NCBI GenBank assembly: GCA_038248345.1
Contig: JBBRXO010000030.1
Coordinates: forward strand, 1-25,142
Length of the DNA stretch: 25,142 bases
From: Armatimonadota bacterium
Lineage (GTDB): Bacteria > Armatimonadota > Hebobacteria > CAIYQO01
Direction: 5' to 3'
In this document: positions 9,301 through 18,424 of the stretch, piece after piece
Layout of the letters: each line of letters starts with the position of its first letter
How positions within the stretch are numbered: the stretch's first letter is position 1
Program-made: the position numbers and the translations under genes
Notes under the pieces: model-generated
The model's input: the letters and a program-made list of their open reading frames with translations, nothing else
What the model was told of the DNA's origin: nothing
Databases searched by the model: none

Positions 9301-10010
9301 AGGCCGGTGTATTGCATCACCAGCAGCGAGAGTTGCAGGACAGTGAGTTCTTCATTGATCACCTGGTACTTGCGTGCCTTCTCCGATTGCTCGCCCAGTG
9401 GGCCAATTTGTGCGTTCAGTTCATCAATGACGTCATGCACGCGGAGCAGGTTCAGCCGCGTTTGCTCCAGCTTGCGCAACGCCTCTTTCTTGCGTTGCTT
9501 GAAGCGGGAGATGCCGGCCGCCTCTTCAAAGAGTGCGCGGCGCTCTTCCGAACGCGAGGAGAGCACGGCGTCGACCTCACCCTGGCTGATGATGGAGTAC
9601 GACTGTTTGCCGATGCCGGTGTCCATGAAAAGGTTATGTACGTCGCGCATACGCACGGGGGTACGATTGATGAGGTATTCCGAGTCGCCGGAGCGGAAGA
9701 CACGTCGGGTGATAGTTACTTCGGTGAAATCGGTGGGCAGCATACCGCTGCTGTTGTCGAGGGTCAGGTGAACTTCGGCCAACCCCAGCGCCTTGCGTGA
9801 ATCGGAGCCGTTGAAAATGACGTCAGTGGATTTGGCGGAGCGCAGGCTCTTCATCCCTTGTTCGCCCAGTACCCAGAGAATAGCGTCGCTGATATTGCTT
9901 TTCCCCGAGCCATTCGGCCCGACAATAGCAGTAATTCCCGGCCCGAATTCCAAATCCGTGTGCTCGGCAAAGGTCTTAAAACCATAAATTTCCAGTCGTT
10001 TTAGATACAT
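6396..10010 (-). CDS. smc: Chromosome segregation protein SMC
   Basis: Walker A GPNGSGKSN; hinge GRATFLPL; LSGGE signature; Walker B/D-loop VVLDEIDAPLD; long coiled coils; 1204 aa. Confidence 0.98.
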   Translation of the reverse strand: MYLKRLEIYGFKTFAEHTDLEFGPGITAIVGPNGSGKSNISDAILWVLGEQGMKSLRSAKSTDVIFNGSDSRKALGLAEVHLTLDNSSGMLPTDFTEVTITRRVFRSGDSEYLINRTPVRMRDVHNLFMDTGIGKQSYSIISQGEVDAVLSSRSEERRALFEEAAGISRFKQRKKEALRKLEQTRLNLLRVHDVIDELNAQIGPLGEQSEKARKYQVINEELTVLQLSLLVMQYTGLQSSLARAKEREAELQQELETLRHAVHQHEVKEVTLRAELQHLEDELEERRNVESRLMSAVQAAEGALALFKQEAATTTAEIDRLSKERTEWESQSGKFETEIATASAEVTRLQAMLTGLEGEIADADTILKEAAEAINGKTKAIQERRNQYLDILDQAARVRNELVRVESLLQTSAGRETRIGNEIADIATKIIERQTAMAAAQAEQEMRIAARMKLQAQRTEAVNGRNGLQEKISTLRREESATRETLAGLRSRRNTLQELEEGLEGYFPGVRAVITAATAGKLKGKFAVVSELLDVPAKLDTAIEVALGANLQDVVTNTEFAAKDAVNFLKQTRSGRATFLPLDLINPSPRADYQPQSGILGLAMDLVTFDAEFTLIAQHLLGRVIIAEDLEAALTLAKSNRARGWKSIVTLDGEVVTPARAISGGSTGKSSGLLKRKRELQELNEKIVAIELKAASLQKQYQETQADSARLDAEITSLAKESERAATAVAEVERLVATTHRDVASLDERRGILDKESKWLAGEVETAHAEEEKHKARLSELETGLQDAEAAVQAAEQELVAGQSEREGITEQYSALRVKLTAVRGELNAAVSAVNRATELHNSLGTRLKQNEKNAAEMQLKISALTVRSTEATTELERLRGAYQQGTGDLDTAKGRRTQLLETIGEILEAQKKGRESVEECQNRLHRSDLRITQVDTELNYLNNQLFDDYRLTPDQAIARAIPVENRGVAVVRLKELQAAIEELGTVNLGAIEEFERIHERLNFLTTQRGDLESGREGLQKLIKEIDATCIEKFLVAFNAIAKEFQDLFTRLFGGGRTELALCDAQDVLESGIDINVTIPGKRNQNLLQLSGGERALTALALLFAMLRVKPSPFVVLDEIDAPLDEANVGRYNDVLRDFCRDTQFLTITHNKGTMEAADVLYGVTMEKAGVSKIVSVRLTGHHHDQPALAGIMEQDGPFRDVPE

Positions 10011-10309
10011 TTATAATTGTTCCAAGTTCTACTTGTCATTTAAAAGCTAGTGAATTGGGTGTTGCCCTTCTTCCAATCAGCAACAAAGATGCTATCTGAC
10101 GCTGCAGAAGCGGAGATACCATTTATGATATCAAGGATAGGATATCAGCCTTTTGGCATGTTGTCCATATGATGCAATGCTTTCTCTACTCCTGCATACA
10201 ATGGAGTTATAATTATTGAGCATCGTTGAAGAGCAATAGATTAATCGATTATGCCACCAAACATACTGATTGATGTTGTATTTGTCGTAAAAATGAGCGC
10301 AAAAATGAC

Positions 10310-10339
10310 TTTACTATTGAAGAATGCAAAGAGTATAAT
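10310..10339 (+). promoter_or_regulatory. Probable sigma70 promoter for the 1277-aa gene
   Basis: TTTACT-18 nt-TATAAT; TAAGGAG SD at about 10393-10399. Confidence 0.45.
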
Positions 10340-10408
10340 AAGCGTGAGATAGCTATCTGTAAGAATGGTTTACTGAATAGTTGTCCAATATTTAAGGAGT
10401 TTACCAAT

Positions 10409-13400
10409 ATGATGCATTCTAGACCAGTGTATCGGCTCTTCATGCTTTTCGCGCTGCTTTGTTTTGGCGTGTCAGCAATGGCGCAGCGGACGGTGAATCA
10501 TGGTATTCACGCGGTACCGGCACCTGCCAAGGTCGTCATCGATGGCGACATCAGTGAATGGGACACCTCGGGACAGATCGTCTGTTCCAAGGATGTTGCC
10601 TCGTTACTAGATATTGAAAGTGCCCGCGTGGCAGCCATGTGGGACAAAGAGAATCTGTATCTTAGTATCGTCTGGCGCGACTCTACTCCTATGATGAATA
10701 AGGTAGATCCGGTGACGATGCCGGGCAATGGCTGGCGTTCGGACTGTGTGCAGCTGCGGCTGAACATGAATGGTTTTGTATCCCACATAGATGCCTGGTA
10801 TTACACCACGGGAAAAAAGCCTGCCATGTCTATCAGTTACGGTCGCATGGGTGTGGTAGATGGTGGTCAGCCGAAAGTAGATCGCCCGACATTTCCAATG
10901 CAAATAGGTGCACAGGAAGCCTTTCTGATGTCTCCAGATGGGAAAGGATACGTGCAGGAGATGAAAATACCTTGGGCAGTCATTACGCTGGACGGTAAGA
11001 TGCCACCGAAAGATGCTGAATTACGCCTTGGGGTAGAGTTGTTTTGGGGTGCGGAATCCGCTGATAGCTGGCCACGAAGCCGCGTAACGGATAACCTGGC
11101 GGAGGGCCAGGTTAAAACGGACTTCTTTTGGACGGATTTGAATGGCTGGGGACGGCTGATTATTGTAGACAAGAACAATCTACTGCTTCCTCCTCCAACA
11201 TGGCTACGCGCCAAGCAGGCGGAGCCGCAAGGACCAGCGCCGATAACCTTTACCTTGCCCAAAGATAGCTTCGTGACTATCGCTATTGATGATGCCAAAG
11301 GGAATCGCGTCTGCAGTTTACTCGGCGGAAAGAAGTTTGAAAAAGGCACGCATACCATTTATTGGTCTGGCCTTAATGATCGTAATGAACCATTGCCTGC
11401 CGGGCAATATCGCTGGAAAGGCATCTATCGTGACGCCATCGATCTTAATTGGAAGATGAGCTTCTATCAACCGAACCAGGTAACGCCGTGGAACAACTCT
11501 ACGGGAACAGGTGCCTGGGGATTAGATCACGGCCACATCCGCACATTAGCAGCTGGCGATGGGCGCGTATACCTCGGTGGTATTGGCGCTGAGGCGGGTA
11601 ACCCGCTCTTCGCCAGTAATGAGCAAGGCGACAAGGTATGGAATCAAAAAAGTGGTGAGCCGGATCATCTCGCATATGTCGATGGTATCCTCTACGCCTA
11701 TACTACGACGGGAGATTCAAATTGGTTAGGCATTACCCCGCGCGGTCTCATGATGTTTGAGGCGAAGACTGGGCAATGGCTGGATATCACCGCGCCGGAC
11801 GGCAAATCCACTCGGCGTCTGGAACTGTTGAAGGGTAAAGAGATTGCTGGCGGTTTCGCAGCGGACAAAGATGGCATTTACTTGTCTATCAAAGATGGTT
11901 CGGAAGTTCGTAGCTTTGATCGCACTACCTACGCTGTTAAGCGTTCATATTCCGTACCGTCAGCCGAGGAAGTATTTGCGACAAACAACGGGAAGTTGCT
12001 GGTAGCAACTCCTGACGGGCTCTTGGAACTGGATTTAACTACCGGGAAAGTCATTACCCTGATCAAAGAAGACCTCTCATTGGCGCGGGCAATCACTAAA
12101 GATTCACAAGGGTGTATCTATGTGGCCATGGCCAACCCAGATAACCGAATTCACGTTTATCAGCAAGCCGGAGATAAGATTACGCGCTCCTGGACGATCG
12201 GCAAAGAAGGTGGGCGTAAACAGAGCGGCTGGTATAACCCACGTGAAGGGTTCTACAATCCCTCCGGCCTCGCGGTGGATAGCGCTGGACGCCTCTGGAT
12301 CGCAGAGAGTGGGTATTTACCCAAGCGCGTCAGCATCTGGAAGGATGGCCTATGGCAGCGCGACTTCATTGGTGATACCGCTTATGGTGGAGGCGGGTTA
12401 ATTAACCCGCTCGATCCCACGCAAGCCTTCTACGCAGGCATGGTCTTTAAGATCGATCTGGAGAAGAACATCTATGCGCTAACGCAAGTAGGGATGGTGC
12501 TGCCCGAGAACATTGAATTGCTGGGAACAAAAACAGTAAATCCAGACCCCGCTGTTTCTTGGGATGAGAATCGCATTATAACCACACCATCCGCTAGTAC
12601 TGAATATATGACTACGTATGCTAATCGTGCCTATCTGACGAGTTGTACAAATCCGCGGCAAATGTACCGCAAGCTACTCGATGGGCGCTGGGCACTTTGT
12701 GTTTATATAAACACGATAGATAAGATTGCGTGGATCGACCGTAACGACGATTGTATTGTACAGGAAGACGAAGTTATCCGTGGAACCAAACAGGATGTCT
12801 GGGGTGGCACAGATTACTGGGGTATGCGACCATCGCAGAATCTGGATCAGTATTTCTCCCACGGCGCCAATGGATTACGCTTGCGCTTACAGGGAGTAAC
12901 AGCTGGTGGGACGCCGTTGTACGATTTCACCAAGTTTGAGACTATGGCTGGCGAGTGCCAGAATGGTATCGGCCTGCGTGATGGCAGCTATAACTCCGGT
13001 TGCCAAGGAGAACGTGGAGATTATTACAGCGAAATGCGGAAAATTTATCCGCTAGGGGAAAATGAGCGTACCTTCTGGTACCGTGGTGAGAATACTGGCC
13101 GTTGGACCTACCGGCTACCGGCGCCAGGTGTTGTACTATATCCATTCCAGGCTCATGGTGTGGCCGATGTGCCGTCACTGAAAGGTGAAGTGGTTTGCTG
13201 GGTATCTGACTTCGGACAGCGCTACCTCTTTACTGATGACATGCTCTATGTCGATCAACTCTTCCAGGATGGCCGTTCCAGCTCGGAAAGCTGGCCCGAC
13301 AAGCCCAAAGTAGGCTTCAACGCTAATATGATGGCACCGGGACAGGAATCGTTCGGCGGATACTTCGCCCGTATGAAAGATGGACGCTATCTCCTGACCA

Positions 13401-14242
13401 GCGGATTCACCGACTGCCGCGTGTTTCAAGTTAATGGATTAGATTCCTTAAAACGTATCAGTGGAGCTGTTGAGTTAAAAGCGACTGACCTGGCGCAGAC
13501 AATGTCGATTAAGCAGTTCCGCACCACGGGTGGCGAAGGGGCCGTGAAACTGACGATACCCAAAACGGCTAAGCCGATGTCAATAGACGGCAGGATAGAT
13601 GAGTGGGATCAGGACGCGCCGCAGCACATCACAGTAGATGACCAACGCAACGCCCGCATCTACACATCATACGATGAGAAAAATCTGTACGTGGCGTGGG
13701 ATGTTTTGGATCCCAGCCCGATGATGAATCAGGCAAAACGTTTAGAGATGGCCTTTAAAGGTGGTGACAGTGTCGATCTGATGTTCCGTCTCCCTGGTGA
13801 CGATTTATCAAACCCAGCGTTACGCACTGGTGATCTGCGCTTGCTCATTACTAAATTTGAAGGCAAATTGCGCTCGGTACTTTATCGTCCGATATCTCCG
13901 GTTAAGCGCCCATTCTCCTTCGATGCTTTTGAAGGTGCTGGTCGGCAAAACACAGTCTCGATGGATGAAGTACGATCTGCAGATGAAGTGACTACCGCCA
14001 TTACGACGGAAGCCAATCGCTACACCATTGAAGCGGCTATCCCCTGGACGCTGTTGGGCGTAACTCCGAAAGCTGGCGTGGAAAGCCGGATTGACTTCTG
14101 CGTGCTCTATAGCGATAATACCGGTATGCAGACGATGCTTCGCCGATATTGGTCAAATCGCGACACCAACATTGTCGCCGATATCCCCTCGGAAGCTCGT
14201 CTTCAGCCAGGAAACTGGGGACAAGTCACGTTAGGCGAATAA
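10409..14242 (+). CDS. Large secreted protein: signal peptide, CBM9/DOMON-like domain, FlgD-type Ig domain, NHL-like beta-propeller, C-terminal CBM9-like domain
   Basis: Signal peptide ending AMA. VIDGDISEW...AMWDKENLYL; FVTIAIDDAKGNRVCSL...IYWSGLNDRNEPLPAGQY; PSGLAVDSAGRLWIAE; IDGRIDEW...SYDEKNLYVAWDV...YTIEAAIPW. Confidence 0.85.
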   Translation: MMHSRPVYRLFMLFALLCFGVSAMAQRTVNHGIHAVPAPAKVVIDGDISEWDTSGQIVCSKDVASLLDIESARVAAMWDKENLYLSIVWRDSTPMMNKVDPVTMPGNGWRSDCVQLRLNMNGFVSHIDAWYYTTGKKPAMSISYGRMGVVDGGQPKVDRPTFPMQIGAQEAFLMSPDGKGYVQEMKIPWAVITLDGKMPPKDAELRLGVELFWGAESADSWPRSRVTDNLAEGQVKTDFFWTDLNGWGRLIIVDKNNLLLPPPTWLRAKQAEPQGPAPITFTLPKDSFVTIAIDDAKGNRVCSLLGGKKFEKGTHTIYWSGLNDRNEPLPAGQYRWKGIYRDAIDLNWKMSFYQPNQVTPWNNSTGTGAWGLDHGHIRTLAAGDGRVYLGGIGAEAGNPLFASNEQGDKVWNQKSGEPDHLAYVDGILYAYTTTGDSNWLGITPRGLMMFEAKTGQWLDITAPDGKSTRRLELLKGKEIAGGFAADKDGIYLSIKDGSEVRSFDRTTYAVKRSYSVPSAEEVFATNNGKLLVATPDGLLELDLTTGKVITLIKEDLSLARAITKDSQGCIYVAMANPDNRIHVYQQAGDKITRSWTIGKEGGRKQSGWYNPREGFYNPSGLAVDSAGRLWIAESGYLPKRVSIWKDGLWQRDFIGDTAYGGGGLINPLDPTQAFYAGMVFKIDLEKNIYALTQVGMVLPENIELLGTKTVNPDPAVSWDENRIITTPSASTEYMTTYANRAYLTSCTNPRQMYRKLLDGRWALCVYINTIDKIAWIDRNDDCIVQEDEVIRGTKQDVWGGTDYWGMRPSQNLDQYFSHGANGLRLRLQGVTAGGTPLYDFTKFETMAGECQNGIGLRDGSYNSGCQGERGDYYSEMRKIYPLGENERTFWYRGENTGRWTYRLPAPGVVLYPFQAHGVADVPSLKGEVVCWVSDFGQRYLFTDDMLYVDQLFQDGRSSSESWPDKPKVGFNANMMAPGQESFGGYFARMKDGRYLLTSGFTDCRVFQVNGLDSLKRISGAVELKATDLAQTMSIKQFRTTGGEGAVKLTIPKTAKPMSIDGRIDEWDQDAPQHITVDDQRNARIYTSYDEKNLYVAWDVLDPSPMMNQAKRLEMAFKGGDSVDLMFRLPGDDLSNPALRTGDLRLLITKFEGKLRSVLYRPISPVKRPFSFDAFEGAGRQNTVSMDEVRSADEVTTAITTEANRYTIEAAIPWTLLGVTPKAGVESRIDFCVLYSDNTGMQTMLRRYWSNRDTNIVADIPSEARLQPGNWGQVTLGE

Positions 14243-14262
14243 AATAGCACAGTAAGCTAGCG

Positions 14263-14299
14263 AGATCCCCTGCCCATGTATAATATGGGCAGGGGATTT
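14263..14299 (+). terminator. Intrinsic terminator of the 1277-aa gene
   Basis: ATCCCCTGCCCAT...ATGGGCAGGGGAT stem followed by TTGT. Confidence 0.75.
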
Positions 14300-14316
14300 G
14301 TCTAATATATTGCTAG

Positions 14317-14574
14317 CACACCGGACTGGCGGGTTATTTATGGGACAGCATCAGCAGAAACATGGGCTGGTGGCTTTTGCTATCATAGCTGTTGTGGTCT
14401 GTACGGAGGCAACAGCTACGCAGATGGATAGCTGGGCTACTCATATTACAGGTCATTGCGCTATGGTTTGGTGGTCAGAATGGCCACGACAACTTTGAAA
14501 ACATCATATTGCGTGGGATGCTCCAATTGACATGCTCTTTCAATGGATCGCACACAAGCGAGTGCCTTTGTTGA
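14317..14574 (+). pseudogene. Possible remnant of a membrane-protein gene
   Basis: One frame reads ...GYLWDSISRNMGWWLLLS*LLWSVRRQQLRRWIAGLLILQVIALWFGG... with an internal TAG and no evident start or SD; lies between two terminators. Confidence 0.3.
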
Positions 14575-14640
14575 ATTTTCATCACGTGACGTTGCCACCA
14601 GCACCGAACGACGCAAACCTGCTACATTGAAAATGAAACT

Positions 14641-14682
14641 AAAAAAGCCGCCGTCCCAATTATATTGGGACGGCGGTTTTTT
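14641..14682. terminator. Bidirectional intrinsic terminator ending the 1108-aa gene
   Basis: A6-GCCGCCGTCCCAAT-TAT-ATTGGGACGGCGG-T6. Confidence 0.9.
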
Positions 14683-14708
14683 GGAATCAAGTTACACGTT
14701 TACATGCC

Positions 14709-17700
14709 CTATTTTGTAGCTGACACCGCTGGGTCAAAGGTCATTGTTCCCCAGGTGCTGGGGAGCAGTACGGTGCTTCCAGGGCGGTCAACGACGATAC
14801 CCTCGGTGAGGCCTGCCCAGTGTGCAGCTCGCTCACGACGGTCGCCTGCTTCATTGGCAACTGCTACCGACGCATCAAAACCGATGGTTTTACCTGCCGG
14901 GTCAGTCAGGCCCAGGCTACTCAACGGAATTGCTACTTCGACAGTATATGGGGTAACTCCGGTTTTGTCGTTTTTAACACCCACATGCCAGACGGCACGC
15001 AGTCCCGTGACGGGCATTATCTGGTCGAATTTAACCTGAGCTGCTGGTGAGGTGATAGTGCGAGGATTCTGTCCTCCCGCTTTAAGTTGCCAGTATCCCT
15101 GGTTGAAGGTAGAGGTACCAGCGGCATCCTTTACCTGCGCCATCAGCACGCGTACATCACCATCGCGGACATCAGCACGGGTGCCCGTCCAGTTGGGAGC
15201 GAAATAGGCGTCCACATAAGCCCCACTGACGAATGGAGCGTAGGGTAGTTCACTACCAACATTAACCGGGCCGTTAGGTGCAGCTACATCATAGAATAGG
15301 TAGAGGTTATCTTTGTCATAGTTTGCGCGAACCATTGCCAGTTGCTGGCCATCCAATAGCACTTGCGCACGTGGGCGTCCGTTGTCGCCTCCCCAGTCGT
15401 TATCCAGGCCGTCAATTGTCAGAGGCTTCTGGATGAACTTGGCGTTATAGCCGGGGTGATCCAGCGGGGAAAGTCCATCAGGATCCCACGGTCGCACTAT
15501 GGCTATTTGCTCAGCGGTGAGTTTTACAGTTGTTGTACCCACTGAACGAGTCTTCGGCATGGTAACCTCATGGATCGGCGACTCCGTGCCAGCGCCGAGG
15601 TGATAAACCTTGCCGGTTTTGGGATGGCGGTAGATAAAGGTAGACTGAATCTCACCATATAGTCTCTGATCAAGCGGGACTTGCTTACCGCTGTACGAGT
15701 CGTTGAAGATGTACCCGAGGAAAAGCCCGTCGGAACTCCAGACCCATACTGGGCCAAGTGTGTCAGTAACGAAGAGATTGCCATTTACCTCGCCGGCTAA
15801 TGCTACCGGGTGGTACATCTGCCCGGGTAGGGCGCGTCCGGGAGCACGGCGTCCGACAGCCCACATGCACTTTCCTGTCTCTGGGTCGAAGCGAGCGAGT
15901 TTGGTACGCCAGTTACGGCTAGCCCACCAGCCTTGCCCGTCGATGCCAGGAAGGGTTAGCGGTTCAACAGCAGATGGTGATAATAGTGAGTAGCTGCCTT
16001 GCTTCGTCTGCAGCGGCACGCCCATCAGGACACTACTGACAGTTTTTTTTCCATCACCGCCGTTAAGGTCGGGTGCTACCAGTGGTGGGGTATCCTCAAG
16101 TTTGGACCAGTCATAGACTGGCACGCCATTCTCTAATATTTCCGTAGGACGAAGGATTGAATCGATAACGCGGAAGCCTTTCTGGTCTTTGTAGAAACGT
16201 TTAATATGTACTACAAGATCAGCGTCGAGTTGAGCTTCATGCACGCGCATCGATGGCGCTAGCATAGGTGGATTTTCCGTGAGTATCATCTCATCCATCG
16301 CCATTTTGCCATCGCCATTTTTATCGGCCCAGGTGACCCAGCTATTGGGGCCCTGATCATAGGACTGCTCAATTTTGTTGTTTGCTTTCCAGGAGCGGTG
16401 GTAACCTACCATCGCCACTGGCTTGGGACGACCGTTTCCATCATACATAAAGATGACGCCATTGTCGTTGCCGCCAGTGTTCATGAAGTAGGATTTGCCG
16501 TTATTGCTGACTAAGTTCCGTGAGGAGTAATGGAAGACCGGCCAGCGATCACTTCCACGCGGGCCAGTTAGCGGATTACCGCCGTGTCCATAACTGAGTA
16601 AAACATCTTCCTGGAACATGTCTGTCCAGCCTTCACTGTAGTGCCAACTTGGCATCCATGTTTTCTTCCCATAATCCAATTGATAAGCGAAGATGCCAGG
16701 CTCATCGCTGAAAGCATCGTTAGCTACTACGACCTCATCTGGTCGTCCGGGGTTAATGCTATAAGACCACAGGCTGAGCTTGGGGACAAACCATTCTCGC
16801 TGTACTTTCCCGTCAATTGACCAACGGCTGGTGCGGGGGAAGCCGGTGGCGGTGTCCTGTACCCAGAGCGTATTAGCATCGGTACCGAGGCAAATTCCGG
16901 TGACATTCCCTATACCGTTAGAATCGTATTTACCATCTACCGGAGCGCCGCCAGTTTTGCCGATACGTCGTAATAACGTCCCATCAGGAGTGAACACGCC
17001 CACCTGTCCAGCGAGGCCACTCGCGTAGATGTTACCTGCAGCATCTACTGCTATCGCATTCGGTTGATCCAGTACGCCATCTTTGATGATAGTGGCGTCG
17101 GTTTTTCCGTCCAGGTTGAGTCGGAGCACCTGCTTGCCGCTAACGACCAGCAATTTGTCTTTCACCACCGCCAGTCCTTTGGGAGAAGGTACGGTGATTT
17201 GCTGGCGAATAGCGCCAGTGGCACGGTCAATAATAAACAATGTGTCATCAGCGGCAATAGAGGCATAGATAGTATCAGCGTTTATAGCCAAACCATCCAG
17301 TGATGCCGTCCATCGGCCCGCCCAACGTGTATCGCCGGTCTGTTCATGTGGCTTGGTTGGGAGTTTTACCAGTATCTTACCGCGTGGCTGGCCAAGCTTG
17401 TATTCAGCTATCTCAACTCGCTTATCCCCGCTATTCATGATACCGAGGTAGAAGTTAGTCTCATCCATAGCTCCTGCCAAGCGTACATCCCATGGGTAGA
17501 ATGAATAGTAACGCATAGCTATATTGCCATCATTATCCATCTGTTGGATTCCGGTTATCTGGTTATCCTCCACGCAGCTCCAGACCATCATGACGCTTTT
17601 GGAGTTAGAGCAGATGGAAGCAGGGCCACCCAGGTTACCGCCCCAATCGCCTTTACCATCGGGAGTACGGTAGGGGGGATTACCACTTTTCCCTACAGTC

Positions 17701-18035
17701 ATCACATACTGGAGCGATGGTGATTCCGTGAAGAAAACGCCCTTGGTGGTGTAGTTGCCTTCTGCGGCTGGTAAACCCATATCAGTGGTGCCGTCCCAGA
17801 GTACGGTCTGCTTACCAGGTTCTACCGGTTGTGCGTAGAGCAGGCTACGAACCAACACGCCTTCTTTGTTGTACAATGCCAAGCTGACAAACCCCTTGCC
17901 GGGTGCCGTGTATGTTACGGGGATATTTACCATCTCCGGCAACGCGGCTATTGACGGTGTGGATGTCGTTAGCAGCAGTAAGAAAAGGGCCATTATGGCC
18001 ATCATTTGGATGCGCACGCTTTGTTTGAAGCTCAT
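14709..18035 (-). CDS. Large secreted protein: signal peptide, FlgD-type Ig domain, NHL-like beta-propeller, C-terminal CBM9-like domain; paralog of 10409-14242
   Basis: ATG 18035 after AAGGAGG. FVSLALYNKEGVLVRSL...LWDGTTDMGLPAAEGNY; PNAIAVDAAGNIYAS; TIDGLDNDW...NYDKDNLYLFYDV...YTVEVAIPL. Confidence 0.85.
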   Translation of the reverse strand: MSFKQSVRIQMMAIMALFLLLLTTSTPSIAALPEMVNIPVTYTAPGKGFVSLALYNKEGVLVRSLLYAQPVEPGKQTVLWDGTTDMGLPAAEGNYTTKGVFFTESPSLQYVMTVGKSGNPPYRTPDGKGDWGGNLGGPASICSNSKSVMMVWSCVEDNQITGIQQMDNDGNIAMRYYSFYPWDVRLAGAMDETNFYLGIMNSGDKRVEIAEYKLGQPRGKILVKLPTKPHEQTGDTRWAGRWTASLDGLAINADTIYASIAADDTLFIIDRATGAIRQQITVPSPKGLAVVKDKLLVVSGKQVLRLNLDGKTDATIIKDGVLDQPNAIAVDAAGNIYASGLAGQVGVFTPDGTLLRRIGKTGGAPVDGKYDSNGIGNVTGICLGTDANTLWVQDTATGFPRTSRWSIDGKVQREWFVPKLSLWSYSINPGRPDEVVVANDAFSDEPGIFAYQLDYGKKTWMPSWHYSEGWTDMFQEDVLLSYGHGGNPLTGPRGSDRWPVFHYSSRNLVSNNGKSYFMNTGGNDNGVIFMYDGNGRPKPVAMVGYHRSWKANNKIEQSYDQGPNSWVTWADKNGDGKMAMDEMILTENPPMLAPSMRVHEAQLDADLVVHIKRFYKDQKGFRVIDSILRPTEILENGVPVYDWSKLEDTPPLVAPDLNGGDGKKTVSSVLMGVPLQTKQGSYSLLSPSAVEPLTLPGIDGQGWWASRNWRTKLARFDPETGKCMWAVGRRAPGRALPGQMYHPVALAGEVNGNLFVTDTLGPVWVWSSDGLFLGYIFNDSYSGKQVPLDQRLYGEIQSTFIYRHPKTGKVYHLGAGTESPIHEVTMPKTRSVGTTTVKLTAEQIAIVRPWDPDGLSPLDHPGYNAKFIQKPLTIDGLDNDWGGDNGRPRAQVLLDGQQLAMVRANYDKDNLYLFYDVAAPNGPVNVGSELPYAPFVSGAYVDAYFAPNWTGTRADVRDGDVRVLMAQVKDAAGTSTFNQGYWQLKAGGQNPRTITSPAAQVKFDQIMPVTGLRAVWHVGVKNDKTGVTPYTVEVAIPLSSLGLTDPAGKTIGFDASVAVANEAGDRRERAAHWAGLTEGIVVDRPGSTVLLPSTWGTMTFDPAVSATK

Positions 18036-18100
18036 TTGCTCCTCCTTCGAAAATAGTTCCAAGTTCCAAGTTTCAATACTGATTTAGATTGTTCATATCC

Positions 18101-18128
18101 GTCACCCCGGTATTAATACCGGGGTGAC
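18101..18128. repeat. Perfect 28-bp palindrome upstream of the 1108-aa gene
   Basis: GTCACCCCGGTATTAATACCGGGGTGAC equals its own reverse complement; no U-tract on either side. Confidence 0.7.
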
Positions 18129-18254
18129 ACTAATTCCTCCTTAACCATGAATTAGCTAGTTAGACACACAATGACTATATTCGTTCTACAATTGAAATAG
18201 CGAGGCAGTTGAAATTTTTCGCTTGGCGGTGGTGTGGATGTGGTTTTAAAGAGA

Positions 18255-18329
18255 TGGTACCCCCGACAGGACTCGAACCTGTGACTTCGGCTTCGGAGGC
18301 CAACGCCTTATCCACTTGGCCACGGGGGC
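18255..18329 (-). tRNA. tRNA-Arg(CCG)
   Basis: Minus strand GCCCCCG...TTGGC-CTCCGAA-GCCGA...GGTTCGAGTCC...CGGGGGT-ACCA. Confidence 0.95.
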
Positions 18330-18338
18330 ATAACCGGT

Positions 18339-18370
18339 ATTATAATGGCACGTCATGGAGGTAGTGTCAA
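18339..18370 (-). promoter_or_regulatory. Sigma70 promoter for tRNA-Arg
   Basis: Minus strand TTGACA-17 nt-CATTAT(AAT). Confidence 0.6.
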
Positions 18371-18415
18371 GTTTTTCGGCAAATTCTGCCATTGCACGAT
18401 AATCGTTACAAATTA

Positions 18416-18424
18416 TGCTATAAT
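18416..18424 (+). promoter_or_regulatory. Extended -10 promoter for galT
   Basis: TGCTATAAT; TAAGGAG SD before ATG 18478. Confidence 0.55.

Noticed and set aside
10036..10260. Short minus-strand frame with a TGA upstream of smc (YAGVEKALHHMDNMPKG*YPILDII...)
   Set aside because: No recognisable motif or start; cannot be distinguished from random AT-rich intergenic DNA.
18255..18275. tRNA 3' ends as active integration sites
   Set aside because: No duplicated att core or integrase found in the window for any of the three tRNAs.
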